Below are positions 12,843 to 25,784 of a stretch of DNA of 64,000 bases, one piece after another. Numbering within the stretch: the first letter of the stretch is position 1; every line of letters begins with the position of its first letter. Origin of the DNA: Macrostomum hystrix. Lineage: Eukaryota; Animalia; Platyhelminthes. Made by a program: the position numbers and the translations under genes. Under the pieces are notes generated by a model. It saw nothing but the letters and a program-made list of their open reading frames with translations. It had not been told where the DNA came from and made no database searches. The DNA lies in NCBI GenBank assembly GCA_950097015.1, contig CATNEN010000010.1:1364001-1428000 (forward strand), written 5' to 3'.

Positions 12843-13268
12843 ATGTCTATCAAGCCGACTGGCCTGAAGGTGCTGAACAAGGAGAAGAAGGAGTTTGATG
12901 GCAAGGACCTGTTCCAGGGCAAGAAGGTCATGCTGTACTTCTCGGCGCACTGGTGCCCGCCGTGCCGGGCTTTCACGCCGACCCTGGCCAAGTTCTACGC
13001 CGAGGCCAAGGCGGCCGACAAGGCCGTGGAGTGCGTGTTCGTGTCCTGTGACCGCGACCAGGAGTCCATGTGGAGCTACATGGCCGAGTCGCACGGAGAC
13101 TACTACGTGGTGCCGTTCGACGCCAGCGAGCGCAAGGGCCTGTCGGAGCAGTACGGAGTCAACGGCATACCCTGCCTGGTTGTGGTCGACGAGGAAGGCA
13201 ATGTGCTGCAGAAGAACGCCAGGAACGACGTTCAGTCCGGCGACGTGGCCTGTATCGACGGCTGGTAG
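12843..13268 (+). CDS. Single-domain nucleoredoxin/tryparedoxin-like thioredoxin, 141 aa, intronless
   Basis: LYFSAHWCPPCRAFTP active site, ECVFVSCDR, YGVNGIPCLVVV (cis-Pro loop). Confidence 0.9.
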   Translation: MSIKPTGLKVLNKEKKEFDGKDLFQGKKVMLYFSAHWCPPCRAFTPTLAKFYAEAKAADKAVECVFVSCDRDQESMWSYMAESHGDYYVVPFDASERKGLSEQYGVNGIPCLVVVDEEGNVLQKNARNDVQSGDVACIDGW

Positions 13269-13706
13269 CTGCGGCGGCGTTCATCGAGTCGCATGAAAAT
13301 CTGTTCCTGTTGCAGTAGCTGCTCGATCTGAATAATAAACCACTTGACTGTTAGAATTATCATATCCAGAGTCCTAGCTTTTAACAAAGTGTCCTTCAAA
13401 TATTTCTGTCTCTGACACCTAGCCCATGATATTTTTCCTGAAACACAATCTAGCGATAGCAACTCTGCATATTATTAGTAATTATAAGCTCTTAGTTTCG
13501 ATTTGCAATATATGCAAACAAATTCAGGCAATCTTTCTATCATAACTTCGGATGCTAAGTTTTGTACTCGCTACTTCAAGTAAACAGAAAGCATATAGTC
13601 AAGGCTTCGAAATTTGCGTCAATTAGGGACTCACTCAATAACAACCACAGTGCACGCAGACTAAAATAAGTCATTATCGCCCTTCAAATTATTAATGTGG
13701 CTAAAC

Positions 13707-13930
13707 ACTTCGAGATTACCAAAGTGGTTCTGTCCTTCAAGATTACCAAATTGGTTCTGTCCTTCGAGATTACCAAAGTCGTTCTGTCCTTCGAGATTAC
13801 CAAAGTGGTTCTGTCCTTCAAGATTACCAAAGTGGTTCTGTCCTTCAAGATTACCAAATTGGTTGTGTCCTTCAAGATTACCAAAGTCGTTCTGTCCTTC
13901 GAGATTACCAAAGTGGTTCTGTCCTTCAAG
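13707..13930. repeat. Minisatellite, 27-bp unit (TTCGAGATTACCAAAGTGGTTCTGTCC), ~8 copies
   Basis: Period 27 read directly. Confidence 0.93.
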
Positions 13931-14736
13931 ACACTTTCGACGGGGGTCAGTGGCCTGCTGCCCTAGAAGACCGAGTTATGCAGAAAATAACGAGTTTTTT
14001 ACACGTACAACCACACTCGCAGTCAGAAATCCAACAAAACACCATTACAAGAATGTATTTGAAAGCAGGCCTATTTTCTTTGGTCTGAAATTCTGCAGCT
14101 AAGGCATTGGCGCGAACTCGCCCTCACTTATTCATGAAGTTGCTATCTAAGCTCATGGTCTGCATTTTGCCTAACTGCTCGCTTCAAAAGACGGCTTCTA
14201 TTCTGCGATTGCTGACGACAAAATGCTTGGCTGTTTAGCATTCTTGCAGCAGCAATTCAATGCGAGTGGGCTGGGCTATCTTTAGAATTTCGAAACAAAC
14301 CATGTCGCTAAGTTGGACACCTACCCCCATCTTCTCGCGCCCCTCTGCAAGTGCTGCTCAAACCTGTGAGCTCATCTACCCGCAGGGCAGCACTATATAC
14401 AATGAAGTCTTCTCTGGCTCAGTGAGATCTTTGTTTTGAGAGGGGGCTGTTTGGGGCTCAGGGCTCAGTACTCTCGACTGCACTTCAAAGCGAACAATCT
14501 TCGCATGGGTGTTGAAGCGAGAGGTTCGGGTTTAGAAAGACTATGCTGACGGAGCCCTCTGTGAGCCTCTCAGCTTTTGCTATGGATACAGCTTGGCGGT
14601 AAACAGTGGACCGGTCTAAACCGAAAGCACTACGCCATAAAATAAATTACAGTGCGCGCGCGCTCATGAATTCAACTCAAACTGTCCGAGCTGCCACTCA
14701 GTCTCACACATTAGCCTACTCTGTAGCCAACTCACA

Positions 14737-15242
14737 ATGTCCTCCAAGAAGACCAAGAAGTCAGCCAGTGACCTGGACATGGAGCGGCGCGATCCCCAGG
14801 ATGTCAACATCCACCTGCAGGTAAGAGATCTAGGCTCTTTGATGAAACATGTTCGAACCATTCTATGTAGATGAAAACATCCTGAACTTGCTCAAACCGC
14901 AAATCCTAGGTGGAGTTCGACGACATCCTCGCCGAGCCTGAGGGCGCCCACTCCATCGACTGCATCTGGCGCTGCTCCTACCGCTGCTACGAGTGCTGGA
15001 AGAACTGCTGGTACCGGACCCTCACCCTGTTCTGCGGCTGCTGCATCGCCATCTTCTGGGGCTGCCACTTCGCTGAGCTGGCCTTCTGCCATGTGTGGTG
15101 CATGACGCCCTACCTCAAGAGCTACATCATGAACATCAAGATCCTGCGCGAGGTCAACGTTGCCTGCTGCGACGCCACCATCGGCACATGCTGTTCGGCT
15201 TGCGGTAACTGCTTCAGCAGAATCAGAGTGCAGCAGAACTGA
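14737..15242 (+). CDS. CAV: Caveolin paralog 1, 138 aa; exons 14737-14820 and 14910-15242
   Basis: RDPQDVNIHLQVEFDDILAEPEGAHSIDCIW matches the caveolin signature region, followed by a hydrophobic segment; phase-0 intron GTAAG...CCTAG. Confidence 0.88.
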
Positions 15243-15937
15243 GAAAGCTTCAACCATGCTACTCTCTGGCATGGTTTCAAAGTGAACTAATTACATAAAC
15301 CGACTGTTTAACACAGCAAAATTCGCTTGTTGCATCATCCTCCCATTCGATTTCGAAGGCTGCAATTTTCGTTTTTCGCTTCTTTGCTTATGCAGCGCAG
15401 ACTGTTATTCGTCGACCAAAAGCCAGAGTGATAAATTTTCGAAAAACAGTCCAATAATTTTTTTACAGCAACTTTTGCCTCCCAAAAATGATTTTATTTT
15501 ATTTTTGTAAAGAGAGATCGAACACGCGATTTCACTTGTAAATCAGTTAAAAACTGAAAAATAATATAATTAGCAGAAACACAATTTATCTTTCAACAGC
15601 TATGCTAATTAACTCGAACCATCGAGTACTTTATACCAATCACTTTTTGTGCCTCGATCTTGTCTTCATTTTATGTGGACGTAACGATTTTGCGGGTTTA
15701 GAGGGACCAACAGCAGGATGTGATACAATTCGTAGTATTTGGTTTACGAGCGTATATCGTATATTATTTAATGCTCAGAACGAGATATACGAGCGTATGT
15801 ATTGATCGTATCGGTAAATAAGTAAAACAGAACGAATTATTGGACTCAACACTTTGGGCCCGTACTATAAAGCGTTCGTAAGATCCGTGGTAAGCTGTCT
15901 TACGCACAACAGTTAATAACCGTCTCAGAGCGTTCTT

Positions 15938-18170
15938 GTTGTTGTTAAACGGCCTCGTCCAATCTGGACTGCAGGTCAGCCCTTTGTGGGGGCTCTACTG
16001 CTGTATATATTTTCTATCATTTCTATTAAAATAAAAATATAAAAGCAAAAAATAGTAGTTTAGAAATTTAAAAATTTTAGAAGGTCCGAAGTTTGGGTTC
16101 GAATAAAAATAAAAGAAATAGATCGAGGGAAAATTTGCGATAGGTAAATCAAGTAACTAGGCAATGAATATTTGGGCACTGAGCCATGGTGTTAAAAATG
16201 GTCAGAACATGGGTATTTTGAATTTAGCATTCAGTATTTTTGTAATTGCATAGTGGTAGAAAATAGAGATAGAAATAGAAGTAGAAAAAAATATTTTTTA
16301 CAGTTTGTGTAAAAACAATATTTTAAGTATAAATATTTCTGCTAGGCAACATAAACAGATCATTTCATTGGCACAGGTACGCAAGCTCACAAGTATGTTT
16401 GTACTGTATGATGAACACATAGCTGGGGTATAGAATCAGAGGGGGGCATAAGAGATGCAAGACAGCAAGAGCGAACCGTCACCACCCTCCCTCGCGCTTA
16501 TTTTTAAAGTTTTATATTTCGGTAGAATAATGATAATTTTCGTCTTTTAGTTCGATGCGCAAATTACTCTACTAGCAGTAGTCGGCTTTACGAAAAGTAG
16601 GCATTCCGCTAGAATACGTCAGGATATTGTGAGTATAAATATCGGAGTCTCAATTACAGGTGTATCTAACCAATGAGACGAAGTTAAGCCGATATACTGG
16701 CCCAGTGTTTGTGGTTCACTGGTACCTGTGGTAGCTTGTATAAGCAACTTCAGGGAACGTCCCACGTCTCGGTGCGATGATGACATCTAGAAGTCTGACC
16801 CAAAGGATTACCTGGATGGCTTAGTGTCTAGTGCCGGGACTTGTTATTTTTTCCACTTTTTGCCAAACTAAAGAGCAAGCGCAACATGAGATAAACTGCT
16901 GCAGATGTTGGGTGCTGTGTGGTGATTGTTTTTTGGTTTCTGTTGCAGCAACAGCTGCCTCTTTAGTTTGTCCTGCCTGGACCCCTGGGCGCTGGTGTAG
17001 CAGCAGCGATTCTCCTCTCCAGGATTTCCCAGAGGTGGTGTAGAACAGGCATTCTGGACCCCGGGTTTATCCTAATCGGATCAGGGCGCCTCTCTAGTTT
17101 GTGGATTTTAGCCTTGCAGGCTTTAAGGAGCCAGCGGGTCCCCATATCATCAATCCTGTTCGCTACCAGGGGCATCTGGGCATGCTCATGCAAGTAGCTG
17201 GTGGAGATGTAGGATGGGATCCCATAGAAGATTCTTAGGGCAATGTTTAGAATTTTCTGAAGGTCACTCTTGTTTCCCGGGCTTAGGATTGTTAGAATGG
17301 GTGCTCCATATGTCATGGTGCTCTCCACGTAAGCCTGGTATAGCATTTTCAGAGTGTCGCTCTTCAGATTGGTCTTTTTTGCAATCTTGCTAAGGCACAT
17401 CACCTGCGCTCTGCAAGTGTTGATTTGTGATTTCACGTGCTCATTAAGTCTCAGGTTAGTGTCCAGCTTTATGCCGAGGAACTTAACTACATCGCAGTTT
17501 TGAATTGCACAGTTCCCAGGTGGAGTTGGGGCCGTTTGTCCTGGCACCCTACCCTGGGTTTGTTGCAATTGAAGGTTATGGCCTGGCTTTTTCCGGCATT
17601 GATTTTGATGCCCTGCACGCCGCACCATTTATGGACTTCATCCAGGTAGCGCTGCAGGTTTTTCCTGAGCTTAACGAAACCTTCCGCGGATGCCCAGATT
17701 GCCATGTCGTCGGCGAACTGGCTTCGTTCTACTCCAGGTGTTTTTGGGGTTGGCATGGTGCTCACAAAGAGCAGATAGAGGAGTGGGCTGATGACTCCAC
17801 CCTGGGGGACGCCAGCCTTGAGTTTAAACGACTGGCTGAGGGCTAAGTTAACCCTCACTAGGACCAACCTGTCCCGAAGGTAGCTGGAGCAGATCCTAAG
17901 AACCCGCCCCGGGAGGTTTGCCTGGATCATTTGGTACCGCAGTGCGTCCTGCCAGACGGAGTCAAAGGCTGCTTCGACATCTAGCAGGACTGCGGATAGT
18001 TTCTTTTTCTTGTGTTTGGCCACCATGATACTCTGCACCAAGCGGCACAGATTATCATAAGTGGAGTGATTTTTCCTGTAGGTGCATTGATCTGCACCCA
18101 GTGCGCCCGTGGATTCTAGGTGGCTTTTTAGCCTCCGCGCAATGATTTTTTCAAAAACTTTGCCTAGGCA
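15938..18170 (-). mobile_element. 5'-truncated non-LTR retrotransposon (LINE, Jockey/I-group-like RT) with (AAC)n tail and 14-bp TSD
   Basis: TSD CTCAGAGCGTTCTT at 15924-15937 and 18171-18184. RT motifs LDVEAAFDSV, GVPQGGVISPLLY, FADD, KFLG. One frameshift near 17516; stop at 16963; about 1 kb of 3' sequence. Confidence 0.88.
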
Positions 18171-18359
18171 CTCAGAGCGTTCTTAAGTGCGTTCGGTGCA
18201 ACGTTCGTAGTCTTCTTTAAGGCTTAACTTAAGCAGTGGCTACGATCAAACTTAGGGACTGGTGCCTGAGAATCCACAACGGCCAGCGAAACTTTTTCCA
18301 CTCATTATTACATTAGTATCCATTTATTTGTACAAGCATCAACTGGGATAATTGAAGAT

Positions 18360-18480
18360 GGGTGTCGTGTCCCCCAGTCCATGGACTGAACAGCTGTACG
18401 CAGCCTTCAGATGCGCCGCGCATTAGCTGCGGCTGTGCTGTCGGCTGCACATCTGACCCAATTGACCCAAATTATTAATT
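18360..18480 (+). mobile_element. 5'-truncated SINE family A copy (3' part only)
   Basis: CCCCAGTCCATGGACTGAACAGCTGTACGCAGCCTTCAGATGCG matches the copies at 11800 and 27743. Confidence 0.75.
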
Positions 18481-19044
18481 TTTTTCTTATTACCACGGTC
18501 AACCATTGCCATCGATCCTTTTCACCGATGTACGAGTATTTAATAATGTTACGCAAGCAACACAATATATCCGAAAACTGGGTTTCGGTTTCTTTCAGTA
18601 GATTAGCTTCGACTGTATTTGCGGAGCTTACTAGATAGCTTTTGCGCTCGGTATTCCAAATAAAATCGGTTGAGGCTGTTTACAACCCTTGACGGCAAGT
18701 TCAATGAAGCCAAACAAAGGCAATTATCAGTCGGTGGAAGGTGCCCCACTATAACAGGTTGGGCTAATTATGCGCGAAGGCTGATATACGAGTATAATAT
18801 GCGCTCCTAACACACTCTTGAAAATTTCTTAGACATAAGATTGCTCACACTCTACGTGACGTAAGTTTAAATCTTTGCTTTGGTTCAAGTTGATGGAGAA
18901 TTCCTGACAATAGCAAGACACTGGATTGATCATTTTAAACCATTTAAAACACGTGCAAATTAAATTTTTGAACTGAAGTCCGCACAGCATTGCAGAATTA
19001 CTGGCAATGCTGTGCGGACTCCGAAGTCGACCGAAGTCGACAGA

Positions 19045-19790
19045 ATGAATTTCTTAGATTTTGCGTTGGCGCAGCACGCCTTGAGAACTGAGAGAAGATT
19101 TCGGGAACGACTTCACTGACCGTGAGATTTTTTAGCGGTCCGTCTGCCACGTCAACCATTGCTAGAGCTGATCGAGCTATTGCAGCCACAACTGAAACGC
19201 CAGACGCGTCGCAACATAGCCATTTCCGTCGAGCTGCAGGTTTGCCTGGCCATGCGCTTCTTTGCAAAAGGCAGCTTTCTCAGAGTCATTGGGGATGAGT
19301 TCAACTGTAGCTGCGTAACAGCCTCAAGAGTTGTGGCCGATGTTTGCAAGCTGTTTCAGGAAATGGCACCTGTTTTTATTTCATTTCCAAGCAATCAACA
19401 CGCGGCAGCAGCTTCAGTACGTGCTTTTTTACATTGCCTGAGTGCCACAAGTGCTCGGAGCCATCGACTGTACGCACATCCGCATCCGGCGCCCAATCGA
19501 CGATGGTGGAATTTTCATCAACAGAAAGGGTTTCCACTCGATCAATGTTCAGGCAGTGTGCAGTGCCAGTCTCGCATTTACAAACGTCGTCGCACACTGG
19601 CCCGGCAGTAGCAGTTTAATCCTAACAAAGTGTGCAGCATTATTGTTGCATGCTGCGCGCTACACAGTTTTGCTGTGACGAGAGCAGTTCCACTGCCACC
19701 TGAGCCTCAGCCGCTGGTCATTGAAGTGAATGAAGAAAATGCAGCCGCACCAGCTCAAGACGAGCAGAGAGACAGCGAATCATGCAGCTG
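19045..19790 (+). pseudogene. Degenerate, internally deleted PIF/Harbinger (HARBI1-like) transposase
   Basis: QVCLAMRFFAKGS helix-turn-helix region, GAIDCTHI, NRKGFHSINVQAVC, WPGS, then an abrupt jump to IIVACCALH. Stop and frameshifts at the 5' end and at ~19430. Confidence 0.85.
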
Positions 19791-20584
19791 CTGCCACTGT
19801 GATTGGCAGGTTTTTTCACTTTTCTTACGACTAAATAATGAGACCTTTACAATAGGAGTATATTAATGTGATGAAGTATAACCTCGAAATATACAATGGC
19901 CGAGCAAAAATTTTCACGATGGCCGTGTCTTTTACATTGCTAAGGCATTTTGCTTTTACATTACGACAGGTCCAATCTATCTGAGGTTTACGGCGGAACT
20001 TAAGAAGCCGGAGTGACTTACGAAAGTTTCACCGAACGCAAAATTACGCGTCCGCGATGACTTAAGAGGCTTCTGAAATCTAAGAATGATCTTAAGATAC
20101 GATGGCTTCACCGAACATTTTGCGCTTGTACGACACGGCGCCAACAGTTTAAGTTGGAACTTAAAGGATACGCAAGTTTTATACTCGTAGAACGGGATCT
20201 TTAACTTTGAAAATGTCAACTTCTAATTTATTGTTCCACAACAGTAAGTTTAACTTGCGGCAGATAAACGAGTCGCATCCAAACTAGGAGCAGAAGGCAA
20301 GTTGGAGGTTTTGAAAATTGCGTGCGTATATATAGTTGTATAAGGAGGATGTTCGAGAACATAAAAACAATATTTGGCGCAAAAAAACAAGTATTAATTT
20401 TTTTCTTTGTTATTTTCGGGTAAATTTAATTAGCAAAACTACGGTAAAAAATTAGGCCTATCTCAGCAATTAGTGTTAGTACAGGATTCAGCGTCTCGAA
20501 GGATAGCGTGATTGAGTTATTTCTGGGTTATGACGACTCTTCTAGATCCCGTGAGTCTCTTGTGATAGTGAGTCTCAGCGGTCT

Positions 20585-21088
20585 TCAGTTCTGCTGCACT
20601 CTGATTCTGCTGAAGCAGTTACCGCAAGCCGAACAGCACGTGCCGATGGTGGCGTCGCAGCAGGCAACGTTGACCTCGCGCAGGATCTTGATGTCCATGA
20701 TGTAGCTCTTGAGGTAGGGCGTCAAGCACCACACATGGCAGAAGGCCAGCTCAGCGAAGTGGCAGCCCCAGAAGATGGCGATGCAGCAGCCGCAGAACAG
20801 GGTGAGGGTCCGGTACCAGCAGTTCTTCCAGCACTCGTAGCAGCGGTAGGAGCAGCGCCAGATGCAGTCGATGGAGTGGGCGCCCTCAGGCTCGGCGAGG
20901 ATGTCGTCGAACTCCACCTAGGATTTGCGGTTTGAGCAAGTTCAGGATCAGTCGGTGGCAACGGCAAAGCAATTAGCTCCAGTATAAAGTATGGCTGTCA
21001 TTACCTGCAGGTGAGCATTGACATCCTTGGGATCGCGCCGCTCCATGTCCAGGTCACTGGCTGACTTCACGGTCTTCTTGGAAGTCAT
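20585..21088 (-). CDS. CAV: Caveolin paralog 2, 138 aa; exons 21088-21005 and 20917-20585
   Basis: Same exon structure as paralog 1; TATA-like TATATAA upstream at ~21165-21171 on the minus strand. Confidence 0.88.
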
Positions 21089-22753
21089 TGTAAGTTTCTT
21101 GACTTAGATGAGCAAAGATTTTTTAACCGAAAATGAACCTAGAGGCTGCGCGGCTTCCACTCGCCTTATATAGATTGTGTTCGGGCAGCAACCAGTTTCA
21201 TTCAATCCCTTTGAATTATCAAAATTACCGTGAGGTTGCTAGCGAAGCTATTGCCGCATGGGCGGCTCGGTCCTAACAACTGCATCGCTTTTACAGCCTC
21301 ATCGCCCCGCTTTCGCACAGGCCGATGCGTAGCAATAACAATGACTGCTCAAATATGAGAGCACAATAGCCATTGAGCCAAGAAAAAACTCGCAAGGCAA
21401 TTCTTAGACCCCGAGCCTCATTACTCACTGTCATCGGTGGATTTAAGCTAGACTATTGGTGTCTATTGGCTAGCTAACTATTGGTGCAGAAGACTCGAGC
21501 AATATATTTTGCAGGTTTTATTATTCGTATAAGGCATGCTTTTCACTTGAGCCGACGCAATGGTCCAAGAGTTTTTATTACTGAAAATAATTCTCACAGT
21601 TTATCATATCTCATTTCAACATTTTGCTAGTGTGCGTTCAGCTGTAATCCAAAATCTGAGTAGAATTCTCTTTGCCCGGAATCTTCTCTATACAATTGAG
21701 GCGACCTGCACCTGCGCCTCTGCAATTCCGATAGAATTCTGGGCCGAATTAATTAAATGCTTCCTTTTCTAAGTTATGAATAAAAAAACCTTACCGTTGT
21801 TTGCTCTGCGTGTTGTTTACCGTCTTTGCTACTTGAGCGAAATAATACAGGCTGCAAGTTGTTCATATATCTAATGCTTAGAAAAAGTTTATTGAAAAAA
21901 CACGGACGGAAATTTTTTCCGCTACACTGTCATATCTGAGGTGGCTTCTGTAGTATTATTGATGATTGATGGCAAATACGAAATTCCCGAGCAATCCAGT
22001 GGCAGTCGGTAGTTAATCAGGGCAACGTACCTAACTTGCTCATTTACAAATTCTATACTTTTCAACTATTTATTCGACTTACATAGTCTCGGACATTCCT
22101 TTATTGAGGTTGAAGGGGCGCTGCAGCGACTGTTTCACCCGACGCCCAACCTCAGACAACGGAATGACAAACACCACCAGCGTTTCTTTGCGACTGAGCA
22201 GCGTTAGCTCAGCCCGTCCTCAAAAAGAATATTTTGCTTTTGCTTGATCGCATGTACATGCGGGTCTACCGCCAACTTCTGTTGAAATTAAATGTGCAAC
22301 GTTTGCATCGGACGCAGAATTATAAATAATATTCTTGGTTTTCACAATCCAGAATCATTATCACCAGCAGATGCCAAATCAAGACAATGGCCGGATATAT
22401 CCACGTTCCGTCGTTCCCCCTAGATACTCGTGCATTTTAAAATAAATTGTCGCACGAAGTTATAACTAAAAAGTTATACGTGTATTTATTATGTCAGCAA
22501 ATTTTTTTCAGATTCATATTCTTCAGATTATCTTGTGAGCAGCTAATGTATTTTCGGCTGCAAATTTTTGTTTTAACACTTTGAACATTAAGCAGTTTTA
22601 AATTGCATACACAAATTAAATTATGATTCATTGTTCCGAGAAACAGCACAAAACTTTTAATTATAGGTCTGGTTGCGCGGAAAGCGACTGGATTAACCAT
22701 CTTCTGTGCATAATCTCACTTTCATATAGATTTATAATATTCTACCTTTAACG

Positions 22754-25137
22754 ATGTCTTTCTTGTTTGGCAAAAAGAAAGAAAAGTCAGAGTCACCACA
22801 GGAGGCTATTCAAAGGCTGAGAAACACAGAGGAAATGCTCAATAAAAAGTCACAATTCCTGGAGAAGAAAATCCAAGAAGAAATCACTCAAGCAAAGAAG
22901 CACGGAACAAAAAACAAGCGAGGTAATATTGAATTGCTATATGTAACAGTAAATGTAGCTTAAGTTTTAAATGAAGTTTAAAAATAGGCCTACGATTTTA
23001 TAATTTTCTATGACTACGGACATGGCAGCTATGCATCTAGCTCTGGTCCTAGCGACACGACCGCCATGTCCCTAGTTATCGCCCATGGTAGAGCCACGGG
23101 GGCCAGCTGTATGGACTTGCTGCATGGCGACTTGTGTCCCAAGCTCAGTTGTATTGGGTCATTGTGGCTGTTTCCTTAGTTCACTCCCACTCTTGGGGGC
23201 AAGGTTGTTGTCTCTAAATAATTGGCTCTATAAATAGTCCATAATTTTTAACTAGCATCTTCTGTTATCTGGCACTAATGCTTCTTTGATTTATGCACTG
23301 CAAGTACATGTGACAAAGCTTTGCCAAAACTTATCACCATTATTTTATCCTCCCTATATAATAAATTCAAGTTTTTGGCTCCTCTTTTTAGGGTTTGAAT
23401 TAGGCACTTAGGTATCAACACTCCCACACACTAGTACTATGACTAACACCATTTTAAATTGTTCAAATACTATATTTAACATTTTATTCCTTACCTATTT
23501 GAATATTTTTAATCAACTCATGAGTAGCTACCTATTATAATTTCTTCATCTCTTTTTTGTCATAATAAAAATAGTGAAACCATTTATCACAGACACAAAC
23601 AAAGTAAAATAGCTTAACCTATTCTGTTTTTTTAAATAATTAGGTCTAAGTATGCAAATATGCTTGTATAATAGAATATATTATTTATAAATAAAATTTG
23701 TAAATTATATAGCTAGGCTAAGTTTCTTAACCTTTAGATAGCCAGGAATATATAGTTTATTTGGGAGATTCCAGCACACACTGGCATACTTATGTTGTGT
23801 GTGAAGGGTGTTCTGGTTAAGAGACATTTTATTGACTGACATTTTACCAATTTAGTGAAAAAAAATCATTGAACAAATATTCAGTATTTGGATTTAATAT
23901 TTGGAAAGTAGCTTATTTTGCTAAGGTATTTACATGAAACAATTTTTGTTGTTTCAATTAACAAAAATCCCTTCTTAAGTTTCTGCAATCACCATATTAA
24001 AAAATGATACACGTTGGAGATAAAGATGAATGTATTATGTACTGCTAATGTTTTACTTTCTAAATGTAACATGCTATCACCATAGCATAGCCCATTAATA
24101 AGCTCCTTAATCCCTGGTGTGGTGATGGGGAGTTAAGCTCTAGAGCTGTACATGTTAAACTGTACATGTTTTTACATTTCTTTGAGTTATGTATCTGTGT
24201 GTGAGTGACTCATACATTTTCAGAGATGTACAGGAAGCTGCAGAAGGTTAAAAGAAGTTTTCGAGATACATATATGGATATATATGAATATAAAATATCA
24301 CTTTATAAGTTCTTCAAATTAAAAAAATTGTTACATCATTAGCTATATTTTTTCAAGTCTCTTCTGCTAGACATTTTTATATTTACAGAAATACAAAGTA
24401 AACCAAAAATATTTCTACAGTTGTATACTAAAAAGTATAGCAATACAAAGTACTGTTATCATTTTTTACAAAATCTATTTAGAAATTTTCAGACTAATAA
24501 GAGAAAGCTCATTAGTGCATAGCTGACTATCGCCCCTCCTGCTCCACCTGCCCACAGCTGCTCTGCAGGCTCTGGCCAGGAAGAAGCGCTACGAGAAGCA
24601 GCTCACCCAAATAGATGGCACCCTGACCACCATAGAGTTCCAAAGGGAGGCTTTAGAGAATGCCAGTACCAACACTGAGGTGCTCAAGGCCATGCAGGTG
24701 GCCGCCAAGTCGTTGAAAGCTGCCCACCAGGATCTCAACATAGACCAGGTGCGTTCATCTCAAATTTGCTAGCTTTCTCTCATCAAACTTCTTAAATAAA
24801 CCAAATTTTACTGCCTAAAAAACCCGCCCCACCGTCTACTTAGGTCCACGACGTCATGGACGAGATCCACGAGCAGCAGGAGATCGCCCAGGAGATCAGC
24901 GACGCCATCAGCAGCCCGGCCGGCTTCGGCCACGACGTAGACGAGGACGACCTGCTGGCCGAGCTGGAGCAGCTGGAGCAGGAGGACCTCGACAAGCAGC
25001 TGCTGGATGTCGGCGGCGCCAGTGTGCCGGAGCTTCCTAGCGCGCCGAGCGGCCTGCCAGATGCTGCGGCGGCTAGGAAGACCGGGGCCAAGTCTGAGGA
25101 GGACGAGATGCGCGAACTGGAGGCCTGGGCCACCTGA
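22754..25137 (+). CDS. CHMP4: ESCRT-III subunit CHMP4/SNF7; exons 22754-22922, 24558-24748, 24844-25137
   Basis: SPQEAIQRLRNTEEMLNKKSQFLEKKI, KKRYEKQLTQIDGTLTTIEFQREALE, VDEDDLLAELE, C-terminal ELEAWA. Junction phases 1 and 0 are consistent. Confidence 0.95.
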
Positions 25138-25784
25138 GCTGAGCAATACTGCATTGACAACTGACAAACTGTTCGTGCTTATCGTGTCAGAAATTGGCTA
25201 GTAGGTCTGTAACTGTGAACTCAATTTAATCAGATTGTGTTGATTTATTTTCGACTGAATAGTTTCTCAGACGGCTTCGTTAAACTTGATCCGCGTCAGT
25301 TACTGTTATGCTAAATTGTTTACTAATTAACTGTTTTATATTAAGATATTCACTATTTTTAGTAGAGGTCATTAAATATAATATTAAATTAGTGCATTGT
25401 TGTGCGCACTACTAGGTATTTGAAATAAAGAAATTGTTTGGTTAGATTTTGTTAAACGTATTTACCACCCACCCTGTTTTCAAGCTAAAAATGCCTTGCT
25501 TTATGTAACAAATTTCAAAGCGTATACTTACTTGAAAAAACTTATTAAAATCATACTATTATTTATATTTCATGCTGTCTATTACAAATTATTTCTTTTT
25601 TTACTGATTACTGTTATCCTTCACCTGCTTTTCTTTTAGGATTGATTTCTTTTTTTGTTAGCGTGGCCAATGCTGGCTTTGTCTATTCGGTTTTAATCGT
25701 TGACCTGTTTCAACTGATTTGTAGTTGGTTGTAGTTTGGCAGTTTGCCAATTTTGGCAGTTGGCAAATACATTAACTGTACCCT

